A stretch of DNA of 64,000 bases from a virus. Its lineage: Duplodnaviria; Caudoviricetes. The notes under the pieces are model-generated. The model ran no database searches, was not told the DNA's origin, and was given only the letters and a program-made list of their open reading frames with translations. Shown piece after piece: positions 46,341-56,730 of this stretch (position 1 is its first letter; each line of letters begins with the position of its first letter). The DNA lies in the IMG/VR virus record IMGVR_UViG_3300028591_000110, positions 71,564 to 135,563 of that record. One strand, written 5' to 3'. Both the position numbers and the translations under genes were made by a program.

Positions 46341-46455
46341 TTGACTCACCGGAAAATATGTGGTAAAATCACATCGAAAACAGAAAATTTTCTGTTCGTC
46401 TTGAATGATAGCAGAAGATATTCGGATTGTCAAGGCTAAAATTAGAAAATTTTCC
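46341..46455. promoter_or_regulatory. Face-to-face SigA promoters with palindromic operators (genetic switch)
   Basis: Plus strand TTGACT-17-TAAAAT (46341-46369); minus strand TTGACA-17-TATCAT (46405-46433); AGAAAATTTTCT/C at 46382 and 46444. Confidence 0.75.
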
Positions 46456-46467
46456 GGAGGTTATATT

Positions 46468-46839
46468 ATGGATTCCATCATTTTCTCCAGAATCAAAGGC
46501 TTGTGCGAAAAGAATGATCTTTCGGTGACGCAGCTTGAGAATGAGCTTGGGTTAAGCAGCGGTTCCATCGGTAAATGGCGCACGTCCGTATCTCCTTCCG
46601 TGGACAAGATCTATAAGGTGGCAAAATACTTCGGCGTCTCGCTGGATTATCTCGTCGGCGCAAGCGATCTGGAAACCACGGCAGACAAAATGATGGAGGA
46701 CGAGGATATCGTATCCATCCAGAGAGCGCGGGAACGACTCTCTGACCGGGACAAGGATCGCATGATGCAGATGATCCGCATCGGCTTTGACTTCGCGTTT
46801 GATGACGCGGATGAAGCTGCGGAGGAAATTACAAATTGA
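46468..46839 (+). CDS. XRE-family repressor (ImmR-like)
   Basis: SVTQLENELGLSSGSIGKW...PSVDKIYKVAKYFGVSLDYL. Confidence 0.9.
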   Translation: MDSIIFSRIKGLCEKNDLSVTQLENELGLSSGSIGKWRTSVSPSVDKIYKVAKYFGVSLDYLVGASDLETTADKMMEDEDIVSIQRARERLSDRDKDRMMQMIRIGFDFAFDDADEAAEEITN

Positions 46840-46903
46840 TTACATTGTCCAGAAACTTGGACACCATTCCTGTTATCCTGACGCTGTAAGGAGGGATGCG
46901 GAA

Positions 46904-47500
46904 ATGGTACGCAGAGTTTACGCACAGCAGAAGGTTCTGGAACTCTATCGCAGCATGAAGTCCATCCATTATCCGATTACGCCGGAGAAACTGCTTCCGC
47001 TGCTTCCAATGCCGACCAGGATGATAAGCTACAGCGAGATGGCAAGGGCGTCAAAATGCACGGTAAGAGATGTGGCGGTGATGTGCAACAGCGAGGCCGG
47101 TGCCACGCATTATGACGCGGCCAACGACCGCTGCCTGATTCTCTACAACGACGCCATGCCGGCGGGGCGTGTTCTGTGGACACAATGCCATGAGATCGGA
47201 CACATCTGCATGGGACACTTGCTGCTGCTGTCCAATCCGCAGATCGCGGACACAAGCGGCAGGGCAGGGAATGAGCTGGAGCAGGAGGCAGATTACTTTG
47301 CATGGAATCTGATCGCTCCGATGCCGATCATGCGGGAGCTTGGCGTCTGTGACATCCCCGGCATCATCCAGACATTCGGTATGAGCGTGCAGGCTGCCAA
47401 CCTGCACCTGGATCGTTATCAGAAATGGATGCGCGGCCACACGAAAACCGCATGGGAAAACAATTTGCTCCGGGAATACCGGCGCAAAAACAGATGGTAA
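46904..47500 (+). CDS. ImmA/IrrE-family metallopeptidase
   Basis: HEIGH, EQEADYFA; downstream of the XRE gene. Confidence 0.9.
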   Translation: MVRRVYAQQKVLELYRSMKSIHYPITPEKLLPLLPMPTRMISYSEMARASKCTVRDVAVMCNSEAGATHYDAANDRCLILYNDAMPAGRVLWTQCHEIGHICMGHLLLLSNPQIADTSGRAGNELEQEADYFAWNLIAPMPIMRELGVCDIPGIIQTFGMSVQAANLHLDRYQKWMRGHTKTAWENNLLREYRRKNRW

Positions 47501-47504
47501 ACAG

Positions 47505-47541
47505 AAGAATCTCCTTCATGAAGAGGGAGATTCTTTTTTTC
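47505..47541. terminator. Terminator between convergent genes
   Basis: AAGAATCTCC/GGAGATTCTT stem followed by a T run. Confidence 0.75.
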
Positions 47542-47550
47542 TCCGGGATC

Positions 47551-50500
47551 TTAGCTGATCATCTGTTCGCCCCAGCGGATGTGAAAGTGGCCTTCTTCGT
47601 CCGCCTCGCGGCGCATGAGCTGGCTCATGAGATCATAGTCGATTCCGTAGCGCTCGTAGATCTCATCCAGATCCACGTCCTTGCCCTTCATAAACAGATT
47701 CAATTTCTCTTTTGCTAACACCATTTGCATTAAATTTGCTTCCAGGCTGCCGGAATAGGTGACAAAGAAAATGTCCTTCCAATCCGTGGAGGTGTAGCGG
47801 ATGAAGCGGAAATAGAACTGGCTCATGCGGGCGTCGTTATAGTGGAGCTCCGGGATGATGATCTTGTTGACATACTCGAAGTTGACGGAGGACGGCAGGC
47901 TCTGCTGCGTGCAGATCAGGATTCCGTTCCGGCTCTCCCGGAGCGTTTTTCTTAACGCTTTCCTTTTCTTGAGCGTCATGGTGCTGCCAGTGACGACGAA
48001 GAGCGGGCGATCCGGGAAGCGCTGACGGAACAGATCGGCATAGGCGTCCACAACGATCTGATGACGGACGCCGACGGCGACGATTTCATCCGGGAAGGAG
48101 GCAATCATCTCCGCAACGCGATCCAGCTTCGCCGGCGCGTCCTCGGAATCGTACTCCGCCATAGTGTTCGGCGCGGCGGAGATCCGCAGCAGCAGCGTGA
48201 TCTGCTGAATGAGCTTCATCATACTGTCCTTGCGGGTGTTCCCGGTAGAGGAGAAGTAGTGCATCCGAATGCGCTCAAACTCCGAGACGGCCTGACGATA
48301 GACTTCCTGTTCCGGCGGCGTGAAGCGCACGTTGACCTGATGCATCCGACGGATCTCCTTGCCGACGATCTCCTCAAAGGTGCGGGTGATGACGCTGTAG
48401 GAAAGCAGATCATTGAGTTCATCCGCATTGAAGATGTCCTGCGTCCGCTTCTCCTGACCGAAGACTGTGATCTTGGCGGGCAGGTGAGAGGCGGCAAAGA
48501 GCGCATAGCCCGGCGCATAGGCGGGGATGGGCTTTCCGAAATGGTCGTTCGGCTCCGTGCGAAGCTGCATTTCTCCGTCGTCGTCCTTTTCATAGGAGTA
48601 GACCCAACGGCAGCGGGACATGTAATTATAAGAGTTGTTATATAACAGCTCGAACTGCGGCGCGGACTCCGAGATGTTGTTGCGCGTGACGGTTCCGGTC
48701 ATGGCGAGCTTCCAGCGCACACGGCGAAAGCAATCCAGAACGGCCTTCGTCCGCTTGCTCTGCGGGTTGGTCATTTCATCCGACTCGTCGAAGACGAGGC
48801 AGATCTTCTGGTTCTGCATCCGGATATGGCGCTTGATCTGCTTGCGGTATTTGGTGAGCATGTTCAGGGTGATCAGAACGAACTCGCCGTTCTGAATCTG
48901 ATCCAGATCGGACAGGCGATTGATCGAACGATGCTGCAGCCCGTAGGCCGGCATGACGTCCTCCCAGTTGTTATGAATGGAGATCGCTGTGGAGACGACC
49001 CAGACATTTTTTGCTCCCTGGAATTTCATCCGGTAATTGCCGACGGCGATGCCGGCGAGTGTTTTGCCGGAGCCCTGCTGCCACTGAAGAAGATGGTACT
49101 TCTTCTGGAGAATCAGGTTGATGTCCTGCTTCTGGCGGTCGTTCAGGCGGATTTCCTCTTCGTCGGCGGAATTGAAGATGACGAAATCATCCAGATAATC
49201 TGTGATTTTGGCGTCCGGTTTCATTTCGGAAAACGGCATGGTCTCTCTGTTATGCTCGCGCTGTTTGCGGTGAATCAGACGTGCATATGGGCCGGAAATG
49301 TCTGCGGATTCCGGATCTGTGACCGTCTGCCAGACCGGGATCGGGGTTTTCATCCAATCCGTAAGCTGCTTGCGGGTCTTCGGGGAGTAGGCTTTGTAGG
49401 CAAAGGAATATTTGTGCTTGACAAAACAGACCTTATCCACAGGCTCCGGCTTGCTCTGTTCCTTGAGCGTTCGGCGGAGATACGCGAGCACCTTGGCCTC
49501 CGTGAGCTTGACCTTCTGCCATTCCTCGTACTTCATGTTCTCCGGCTGCTTCTGATTTTCAAAACGGTGAACATATTCCTGACAGCGGGCGTATTTATCC
49601 CGCAGCTTCGGGTTGGAGCTGATCTGATAGAGCATCTTCCGCACCCGATAGGTGAAATCGCTGTCGTTTCCGCCGGAGCGGAGCATCCGAACATGCAGGC
49701 GCTCCTTTTCCGCACGTTCTCTGGCGGGCGCAAGCATGACAGAGCGTACCTGTTCCAGAACGGCGGCGCAATCCTGAAGATCCTCGATGGCGCCGGCGCA
49801 TTCCGTGGTGTAGGAGGAGCCCGCTTCGTCCGGCGTGAGATGCTTTTGCCAGAACATGACCTTAGTTCCGTAGCCCGTGACGCCGAGATGGGAGAAGGCG
49901 TTTTTCTCCACGGAGATCTGACCGAGGAAATGGAAGCGCTTTTCCATTTCACGGATCTTTCCGCTATCCGTGAAATCGTCCGCCAGGAAGGAGGCGGGGA
50001 CGACAATGCCCATGATGCCGAGCGGCTTGAGGAGATCCGCAGCTTTGACGCAGTAATACATCTGCGAGATCCAGTCCGTGTCATCCACCGTCCACTTGAG
50101 ATTGAAGGGCGGGTTTCCGACCACGAAGTCAAAGCGCATATCCGGATGGTAGGATCGAATATCTCCGTAGGTGAGCTGCGCGGCGGGGTAGAGGTAGTGC
50201 GCGACCTTATGAGATTTGATGTCCAGCTCGCAGCCGTAGAAGTTGGCCTCCGTGGGCATGTAGTTACAGAACGATGCGATCCCGGACGTGAGATCCGCAA
50301 CGGTGTCGTTGACACCGGGGTTGATGGCCTCCATGATGAAGCGGCAGAGGGCGTCCGGCGTGAAGAACTGGCCGTTCTCAATCTCTTTCTTGGCCTCGGC
50401 AAACTCGTGGTAGTTTGCGAAGTCCGCACGATCCAGACCGTGCAGGCCGCCGTCTCCGGTATAGGCATTGAAGATATCCTCGCTGGTGATGCCGGATTCC

Positions 50501-50595
50501 TCCGCTGCGTCCTGATCCACGAGGTACAGGATTTTGTCATTGATGGCTTTTCTGCGATCCATGGGGATGCGCTGATTGCTCGGCGTGTACTTCAT
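47551..50595 (-). CDS. DNA methyltransferase-SF2 helicase fusion (DarB-like)
   Basis: GQFFTP, VVGNPPF, QGSGKT, DESD, MTGT. Confidence 0.85.
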   Translation of the reverse strand: MKYTPSNQRIPMDRRKAINDKILYLVDQDAAEESGITSEDIFNAYTGDGGLHGLDRADFANYHEFAEAKKEIENGQFFTPDALCRFIMEAINPGVNDTVADLTSGIASFCNYMPTEANFYGCELDIKSHKVAHYLYPAAQLTYGDIRSYHPDMRFDFVVGNPPFNLKWTVDDTDWISQMYYCVKAADLLKPLGIMGIVVPASFLADDFTDSGKIREMEKRFHFLGQISVEKNAFSHLGVTGYGTKVMFWQKHLTPDEAGSSYTTECAGAIEDLQDCAAVLEQVRSVMLAPARERAEKERLHVRMLRSGGNDSDFTYRVRKMLYQISSNPKLRDKYARCQEYVHRFENQKQPENMKYEEWQKVKLTEAKVLAYLRRTLKEQSKPEPVDKVCFVKHKYSFAYKAYSPKTRKQLTDWMKTPIPVWQTVTDPESADISGPYARLIHRKQREHNRETMPFSEMKPDAKITDYLDDFVIFNSADEEEIRLNDRQKQDINLILQKKYHLLQWQQGSGKTLAGIAVGNYRMKFQGAKNVWVVSTAISIHNNWEDVMPAYGLQHRSINRLSDLDQIQNGEFVLITLNMLTKYRKQIKRHIRMQNQKICLVFDESDEMTNPQSKRTKAVLDCFRRVRWKLAMTGTVTRNNISESAPQFELLYNNSYNYMSRCRWVYSYEKDDDGEMQLRTEPNDHFGKPIPAYAPGYALFAASHLPAKITVFGQEKRTQDIFNADELNDLLSYSVITRTFEEIVGKEIRRMHQVNVRFTPPEQEVYRQAVSEFERIRMHYFSSTGNTRKDSMMKLIQQITLLLRISAAPNTMAEYDSEDAPAKLDRVAEMIASFPDEIVAVGVRHQIVVDAYADLFRQRFPDRPLFVVTGSTMTLKKRKALRKTLRESRNGILICTQQSLPSSVNFEYVNKIIIPELHYNDARMSQFYFRFIRYTSTDWKDIFFVTYSGSLEANLMQMVLAKEKLNLFMKGKDVDLDEIYERYGIDYDLMSQLMRREADEEGHFHIRWGEQMIS

Positions 50596-50666
50596 ACCGA
50601 TCCCTCCTTTGCTCTATATTCAGAAAATCTCTCGGGTTTGCTAACCGGAATCTGTCGGAATGGAGA

Positions 50667-50912
50667 TCAATTTTTCCGGATGATGACCGTGGCGGCGTCC
50701 ATGGGCGGGCGGCTGTGCAGCACGGTCATGCGTGTTCCGGGAAGCACCGGATCTGTCGGGTGCTGTTCTTCCAGACCGGCCAGCCGGGACATAAAATCCA
50801 GCAGGGTGTTGGTTCCGTGGAAGTGCTGCGCCGCATCATCCGTCGGAACATCGAACAGCCCGGAGACGTAGCTGGTGTTCGCATCCGGGTCATAGAAAGC
50901 AATGCGTGTCAT
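50667..50912 (-). CDS. Hypothetical protein
   Basis: Coupled ORF. Confidence 0.55.
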   Translation of the reverse strand: MTRIAFYDPDANTSYVSGLFDVPTDDAAQHFHGTNTLLDFMSRLAGLEEQHPTDPVLPGTRMTVLHSRPPMDAATVIIRKN

Positions 50913-51481
50913 TGATAGATGAAGTTTTCCTCCCCTCTGTTCGGCAGCAGCAGACACAGCGGCACGAGCGGCTGAAGCTGCGTCCAGTTGTCCGGCACGA
51001 GATACAGCACGGGATGATCCTGACCTGCGAGGAAGATGGAAAAATCCTTGCCCATCACATCCATCAGATCCAGGAGATACTGCACGTCAAATACTGCGCT
51101 GCGGTGTTCCGTGTCGAGCCGGATCAGGCAGCGCCTTTCGGCGAAGTCTTTGTTTTCGCGCTTCCATGCCTGATACTGCCGGCGAAGTTCTGTTTTGCGC
51201 AGCGGTTCCAGAATCGCCGTCGGATTGAAGATGTAGACATGGGTGTCCCACGGCTTGACGACGTAGGATTCGTAGATCTTGGCGTAATCCGATTCGGCGT
51301 CCGCCTTCGGAATGCAGTCCGGCATCTTCGGAAGGGCGGCGAGCATGAAGCCGTCGGAGAGAACGGCAACGCCATCCGCAGCAGGCCTCCATCCGGAGGC
51401 GCCATCTCCTGTTTTTCCGCGCCCCTTCCTGCCTAGCTCTCTGGCATAGATGCGCTTCAGCGCGTTTTCTTTTTGTGTCAT
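50909..51481 (-). CDS. Hypothetical protein
   Basis: ORF with GGAGG RBS. Confidence 0.65.
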   Translation of the reverse strand: MTQKENALKRIYARELGRKGRGKTGDGASGWRPAADGVAVLSDGFMLAALPKMPDCIPKADAESDYAKIYESYVVKPWDTHVYIFNPTAILEPLRKTELRRQYQAWKRENKDFAERRCLIRLDTEHRSAVFDVQYLLDLMDVMGKDFSIFLAGQDHPVLYLVPDNWTQLQPLVPLCLLLPNRGEENFIYQ

Positions 51482-51484
51482 GTG

Positions 51485-52429
51485 TTACACCTCCGTGATT
51501 TCTGTTCTGAGATAGCGATCCACAAAGTCGTTGCAGGCGGCGGCGTCTACAAACTTAATATCGACCTTGCCGTTTTTGTAGCACTTGATTTTTTCCACCT
51601 TTTCCGACATGAACGGGGTGTACACAGGGCAATCGTGGCGATAATCCATCAGAGACGGGAAGATCCGAGAGCCAGCGTTGGTGTCACCGAGTTCGTAATG
51701 CGCAATCGCATTCAGGAGTTCCTTTGTACTGTCTGTCATCTGCCACGGGCCGCTGTCTGCAAACCACTCGTCATAAGAGACGGCGTAAGACGTGAGCTTG
51801 AGCGTCTGCCCTTTGACCTCAAAGCTCTCCACTGTTTTGTTGTCGCTATGCCATCCTCTGTAATGGAATTTGTCCCAAAGACTTTTCTTCATTTCGCGCA
51901 GGGCGCGATCCTTAAATGAGAATCCACCAAGCTGCTGGAAGATCTCGTCCACGATGTCCTGATAGTGGATCACGAGCTGATCCATCTGATCCTGATAGGC
52001 CGCAAGGCTGTCTTTATACTGTTCCATTTCATCTTTTGTGGGATGTGAATAGAATCCGGAATACGGGTGCTCCGGCTCCTTCGGAACCAGATGATCTACA
52101 ATCGCTCCGTCGTTCAGATTGACATTGTATCTGCGCTCGAAGTAATGCACAATCGTCCGGATCATTCGCTCGTGCCGTTTGTTCCTGGCACGCAGCGCCT
52201 TGTCGTCATCCAGATCGGAGGACGCAAAATAAGAAGCGCAGTTGGAGTACGACTCCAAAAGCCGATCCTGCTCGTCCAGACCTTCCTTGATCATGATCGC
52301 GATCTGCTTGAGCTTCTGTTCCGCAGCAGCGCACGCGGCTTCCTGCGCTTCGCAGAATGATTTGTCAACAGGTGAAATCCGGCGGTCTGCTTTGACCTCC
52401 ACGGCGTCGAATTTTTCCAAAAGATTCAT
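51485..52429 (-). CDS. Hypothetical protein (DUF4942-like C-terminus)
   Basis: KIKCYKNGKVDIKF motif. Confidence 0.65.
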   Translation of the reverse strand: MNLLEKFDAVEVKADRRISPVDKSFCEAQEAACAAAEQKLKQIAIMIKEGLDEQDRLLESYSNCASYFASSDLDDDKALRARNKRHERMIRTIVHYFERRYNVNLNDGAIVDHLVPKEPEHPYSGFYSHPTKDEMEQYKDSLAAYQDQMDQLVIHYQDIVDEIFQQLGGFSFKDRALREMKKSLWDKFHYRGWHSDNKTVESFEVKGQTLKLTSYAVSYDEWFADSGPWQMTDSTKELLNAIAHYELGDTNAGSRIFPSLMDYRHDCPVYTPFMSEKVEKIKCYKNGKVDIKFVDAAACNDFVDRYLRTEITEV

Positions 52430-52674
52430 AATAATACCCCCTTAAAGAATCAGCAGAACGAGGGATCGTTCTGCTGGCTGTTCCGTTCTCTGCTTACCAA
52501 TACTTCTTCACTTGTGCTCCACCTTCTTCACGTCTTTTGTGTCCAGCATGAACGCGCGAAACTGATCCTGCTGGCGGATATACTTGCGGACAGACGCTTT
52601 TTTGCACTGTTCGTAAATCAGGACGCCTCCGATGATGAAGACGGAAATCAAAAGACCCATGCGTTTACCTCCTG

Positions 52675-53694
52675 TTACATATCAGATTTGTTTTCGGATT
52701 TGCTAACCGCGTTTTCTTCCGTCTCTTCGCGGACGGCGCGGATCAGTTTGTTGAGATAATCCCAAACCGTGGTGGAGCCTTTCTGCGTTTTGCTCGTGCG
52801 GTGATACCGGCAGGACGCGGCGCTTCCTTCCTTGGAAATGACGACGTAATCCAGGCGCTCGTTGATCCAGCCCTGTGTCCGCAGCGGAACCTTGATTTTG
52901 TATTCCCGCATGAGATAGAGAATGATGGAGTAGGAACGGGAGATGGCGTCTCCCTCCACCCCCAGCTCCCAAATGTCAACATCGTCATTGCGGAGCGTTC
53001 CGCCGTGGCGGAGGATTTCTTTGGCGTTGAAAAGCTGCTTCGCGGTTTCGATCTTGCCGTTCGCCACGCGCTGGCGCTCGTTCTTCAGATACTCTTCATG
53101 GTGCTGCCGGCGCTTTTCCTCCTGAATCTGCTTGTGCGCGGCGGAGAGCTTGACGCAGGCGTCCAGATCGTCCAGCACGAGAGCGCCGAAGAAGTCCGGG
53201 AATGTCTGGCCGCCGTCCTCCTTGCACTTGAGATAGGAACGCACACGGTCATCCATGCAGCGGCGAAGATAGGCGGTCTGAACGGCGGGGTCATGGCGCA
53301 GCTTCTCGATCAGCGCCTCCTCCTCGCGAAGCGTCGCCTTTTTCTGCTCGCTGTTCTCGCCGTACTGCCGTTCGAGCTGGAGAAAATAATCGACGCGCTT
53401 TCCGAAGTCCCCGTCGAACATCTGCGCGAGCGCCGCGTTGTCCGCAGAGACGTCCATCAGGCCTCGCATGGTGCAGCCGATTGTTGCGAGGACGCCGTGC
53501 AGCTCGATCCAGAGATAGTACATGTCGTTCTCGTCCTTCGGATATTCGACCTCCTTGTTCCCGGCGGAGCGCCAGAGGCGGAACGTATCTGTTCCGTCGG
53601 AGATCTCCTTGACGAAGACCGAACGCATCTTGTGGCCTTCTCGGTTATAATTGCCGTTATAAAACAGCGTTGGCATCAGCTTTGTGGTTTCCAT
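52675..53694 (-). CDS. Hypothetical protein
   Basis: LMREYKIKVPLRTQGWI motif; RBS. Confidence 0.7.
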   Translation of the reverse strand: METTKLMPTLFYNGNYNREGHKMRSVFVKEISDGTDTFRLWRSAGNKEVEYPKDENDMYYLWIELHGVLATIGCTMRGLMDVSADNAALAQMFDGDFGKRVDYFLQLERQYGENSEQKKATLREEEALIEKLRHDPAVQTAYLRRCMDDRVRSYLKCKEDGGQTFPDFFGALVLDDLDACVKLSAAHKQIQEEKRRQHHEEYLKNERQRVANGKIETAKQLFNAKEILRHGGTLRNDDVDIWELGVEGDAISRSYSIILYLMREYKIKVPLRTQGWINERLDYVVISKEGSAASCRYHRTSKTQKGSTTVWDYLNKLIRAVREETEENAVSKSENKSDM

Positions 53695-53707
53695 GGTGTT
53701 CTCCTTT

Positions 53708-53929
53708 CTAGTCATTCGAGCAGAGATATTCAACCTGCGCTCTGTTTAGTCCGTTCTCCTCCGCCGCTGCCCAGTCATCATCTGTGAAGTCTTCCAAACC
53801 GACGGAACTTTCATAGTCTTGGATCGCCCATGGCAATCCTTCGTCATACCAGCGCCAGTAAAGCGTTCCGTATTTTTTCATGTACCACGCTTTGGATTCT
53901 TTGATTTTGTTCCGCAGTGTGAATGCCAT
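53708..53929 (-). CDS. Hypothetical early protein
   Basis: RBS directly after the repeat motif. Confidence 0.65.
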   Translation of the reverse strand: MAFTLRNKIKESKAWYMKKYGTLYWRWYDEGLPWAIQDYESSVGLEDFTDDDWAAAEENGLNRAQVEYLCSND

Positions 53930-53984
53930 GTTCAGCACCTCCTGTTCTATCTACAGAAAAAGAGAGCGGCTTGCTAACCGCTCT

Positions 53985-54347
53985 CTAAAATTTTCTCAAT
54001 TCAATCATCCCGGCCTTCTCCATCTGGAGCGCGATGGGATCATACAGATCGAACTCCGCATAGGTATTTTTCCGCTCAAAGTGATAGCGGATGTTCTCAG
54101 GCGGGAAGCCGTGGCGCTTGCACCAGCGGTACAGCTTCTCCATATCTTCCGCGACGCCGTAGTCCTTGCGGTAATGGTTCCAGCCGACCAGTCTGTAACG
54201 ATACAGACCGGCCTCCTGAACGCGGGGCTGCAGCAGCGGCTCCGGCGATCCGAAGACCGTGACCTCCCGGAAGAGAACGGGGAGCATGTACTTCGGCAGC
54301 TTGACTTCACGATAGGCTCCGTGACGATCCGGCAGATAGAGCGGCAT
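53985..54347 (-). CDS. Hypothetical early protein
   Basis: GGAGG RBS. Confidence 0.65.
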   Translation of the reverse strand: MPLYLPDRHGAYREVKLPKYMLPVLFREVTVFGSPEPLLQPRVQEAGLYRYRLVGWNHYRKDYGVAEDMEKLYRWCKRHGFPPENIRYHFERKNTYAEFDLYDPIALQMEKAGMIELRKF

Positions 54348-54349
54348 GG

Positions 54350-54598
54350 TTATTCCTCCTCCAGTGTGTGCGGGTGCTTTACGACAGGCTCCTCGCGAAC
54401 GTCAACATCATACAGGCAGCTTTCCATGATCTTTGCGAAGGAATGATACTCCACACAAGCGAGTAGCTCGTCTCGCCTTCCTTCCCGGATTAGATCGACG
54501 TAGACGCCCGGAAAATCGTCCGGGTTGTCGTCCTCTGTTTTGGCATACACATGGAGCTTGCCGAGCGGGGTGTCTACATAGAACTCGCGTTTTTCCAT
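54350..54598 (-). CDS. Hypothetical early protein
   Basis: RBS after the repeat motif. Confidence 0.65.
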   Translation of the reverse strand: MEKREFYVDTPLGKLHVYAKTEDDNPDDFPGVYVDLIREGRRDELLACVEYHSFAKIMESCLYDVDVREEPVVKHPHTLEEE

Positions 54599-54679
54599 GG
54601 TTAATCCTCCTTTTCCACTATCTTTACAGAAAAAACAGAGCGGCTGCTAACCGCTCTGTAAAAATATTTGATTTACTTT

Positions 54680-54907
54680 TTATCGGATGTCATATCCGAC
54701 GATAGGGAAGCACCCGTTTTCATCTTCGTCCCCGTAAACAGGGAATAGGCGTCTTCCTTCGTCGAGATCGTAATACTCCCCGTTCCATGCGCCTGGATCA
54801 TAGATATCAAACCATTTTGCAAGCTCTTCCAGATTATGAAAAGAGGGGTTCTCAAGCGCTGCCCTCAGTGCTTCATCATACTCGTATCTTCCGTATACCA
54901 TCTTCAA
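54680..54907 (-). CDS. Hypothetical early protein
   Basis: GGAGG RBS. Confidence 0.6.
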   Translation of the reverse strand: MKMVYGRYEYDEALRAALENPSFHNLEELAKWFDIYDPGAWNGEYYDLDEGRRLFPVYGDEDENGCFPIVGYDIR

Positions 54908-54928
54908 CTATCCCTCCGAACGATCAGA

Positions 54929-55285
54929 TCACAAACTGGATTCCGAACTTTGCTCTTCTTTATCGATGTCGTCAAGCAATTGACATTCGTTGAACCAGCA
55001 GCAATGGCAGCATCCATCCTCTCCGATGTTCCCATCCATAATGATATGCAAATCATCCCAGCCGCTATAACTATCATAATCTGGATTGACAATTTTGGCG
55101 ATCTGGTTAATCAGTTCCGGCGTAATGTCTGATGTCTTGATATATTCTCTACCATCAATGATCGCAGAAACAATTTTCCCCTCCAAGAGCACAAAAAAGA
55201 TTCGAGCATCGTGGCTCCAATATGGCGTACAATAAGACATCCCTTCGTCTTCATGCTCTCTTAGGTATGTTCTAATGCCATTCAT
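54929..55285 (-). CDS. Hypothetical early protein
   Basis: GGAGG RBS. Confidence 0.6.
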   Translation of the reverse strand: MNGIRTYLREHEDEGMSYCTPYWSHDARIFFVLLEGKIVSAIIDGREYIKTSDITPELINQIAKIVNPDYDSYSGWDDLHIIMDGNIGEDGCCHCCWFNECQLLDDIDKEEQSSESSL

Positions 55286-55528
55286 GTTCCCGCCTCCTTA
55301 TTAGTTTTATTCTATCACATCCATCCGGACAAGACAAGATTAACTCTTAACCTGTCCAGATTCCTGTACAGTGTTATTCCTCCTCGTCGACATGTGTGTA
55401 ATCCAACTGCGATCCGCATTCCGGGCAAATCTCCGGCATATCGCCGCAATCATTGCACTCCAATTCGTAACCGCAGCATCCGCAGATTGCTTCTCCAAAG
55501 ATGGAGATATACACTTCCGATTTCACGA

Positions 55529-55900
55529 TCAATCCTCCTCCGTGAAGAGCTCGATTGTCAGATTATCAAACGCTTTGGAAAAAGCATTGATGATATCCTT
55601 CCAGTACCTGGCCTTGGATTTGTTCAGGCGCAGCTTCGTGATCTTCTGAACGCCGGTGTCATAGATGTTATCACCGTAGCCGTCCTTCTTGTTCAGGCCG
55701 AGGCAGTTTTTCATGTGCTGCACGTCGGCGAAGAAACCTGCGAGAGTATAGGTGTCCTTCTCGTCATCTTCAGAGAGCATGATCAGACAGGCGTTGCCGG
55801 TATAGAGGCGAAGCGGATAGTCCTTCCACGTTCCGTCCTCCTGCATCTGCGAGAGCGTGATTTCTCCGCAGCGTTCTTTCCAGTCCCAATGAAGTGCCAT
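55529..55900 (-). CDS. Hypothetical early protein
   Basis: GGAGG RBS. Confidence 0.65.
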   Translation of the reverse strand: MALHWDWKERCGEITLSQMQEDGTWKDYPLRLYTGNACLIMLSEDDEKDTYTLAGFFADVQHMKNCLGLNKKDGYGDNIYDTGVQKITKLRLNKSKARYWKDIINAFSKAFDNLTIELFTEED

Positions 55901-55903
55901 GAT

Positions 55904-56131
55904 TTAATCCTCCATTTCTTTGTAGCAATCCGCGCAGCGAACGATGCTGTCTTCCGCGAGCATCGTGTCGAAATCCTTGCGGGACGCGGAGCGGATAAAA
56001 CAGTCTGTGCAGAAATGCTTTCCGCAATCCTCGCACTCCCAAATCCCGCCGTACTGATCGCCGGGCGACAGAAACGGAAAGAGCGTTTCGCAATCGTCAC
56101 AGACGTAGGTGTCGATATCCATCAAATACAT
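55904..56131 (-). CDS. Zinc-finger early protein
   Basis: Four CxxC pairs. Confidence 0.65.
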   Translation of the reverse strand: MYLMDIDTYVCDDCETLFPFLSPGDQYGGIWECEDCGKHFCTDCFIRSASRKDFDTMLAEDSIVRCADCYKEMED

Positions 56132-56134
56132 GAC

Positions 56135-56470
56135 TTACTCCTCCTCGTCAAAAAAGTGGGCATACGCGCCGCCGGGAAAGAACATCCCGATAGATTCGAT
56201 CTCATGGATGTCCAGCTCCTCACCCTCACGATCACCGCTGATATAAACAAAGCGGTAGGAAATTTCGTCATCCGGCAGCAGCAGAGCTGATTTCGTGACC
56301 TGACGAATCCCGACGCCGAGCTTTGCGACGATCTCTGCGCCGCCGCCGTCCAGAATGTACTGGTGGAGCCGGTGAGTGGCTTTGTTCATATGGTGTTCCG
56401 ATCTCGCAACGCCATAGAACAGCTCTTCCGTCAGCTTGCGGTAGTCGATGTAGTTACATTTCACGGTCAT
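56135..56470 (-). CDS. Hypothetical early protein
   Basis: Coupled ORF. Confidence 0.6.
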   Translation of the reverse strand: MTVKCNYIDYRKLTEELFYGVARSEHHMNKATHRLHQYILDGGGAEIVAKLGVGIRQVTKSALLLPDDEISYRFVYISGDREGEELDIHEIESIGMFFPGGAYAHFFDEEE

Positions 56471-56730
56471 TCCTCCTCAATCAGCTTGTGGCGCAGGATG
56501 TAGGCCTTGCAGCGCTCGGATTCCTCCGGCGTCCGGTTTTCGTTACAGGCAATGGCGTACATTTCGCGAGCTTCGTTTGTCCGGGGCGACAGGGAATAGG
56601 GATTGCGCTTCGGACAGCCGTTTCGATCCCGCTTCGGTTTCGGATTGGCGGCCTTGAAATCCTGCATGGCATATTTCGCAACCAACTGCTCCAAAAACTT
56701 GCGATTACTAGCTGTAATCATATGTTCCAC
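56467..56730 (-). CDS. Hypothetical early protein
   Basis: RBS after the repeat motif. Confidence 0.6.
   Translation of the reverse strand: MEHMITASNRKFLEQLVAKYAMQDFKAANPKPKRDRNGCPKRNPYSLSPRTNEAREMYAIACNENRTPEESERCKAYILRHKLIEEE

Noticed and set aside
48826-50871. 681-aa plus-strand ORF and other long antisense ORFs (e.g. 20467-21630, 22511-23587, 56841-57929, 61378-62502)
   Set aside because: They are shadows of well-supported minus-strand genes, with no recognisable motifs.
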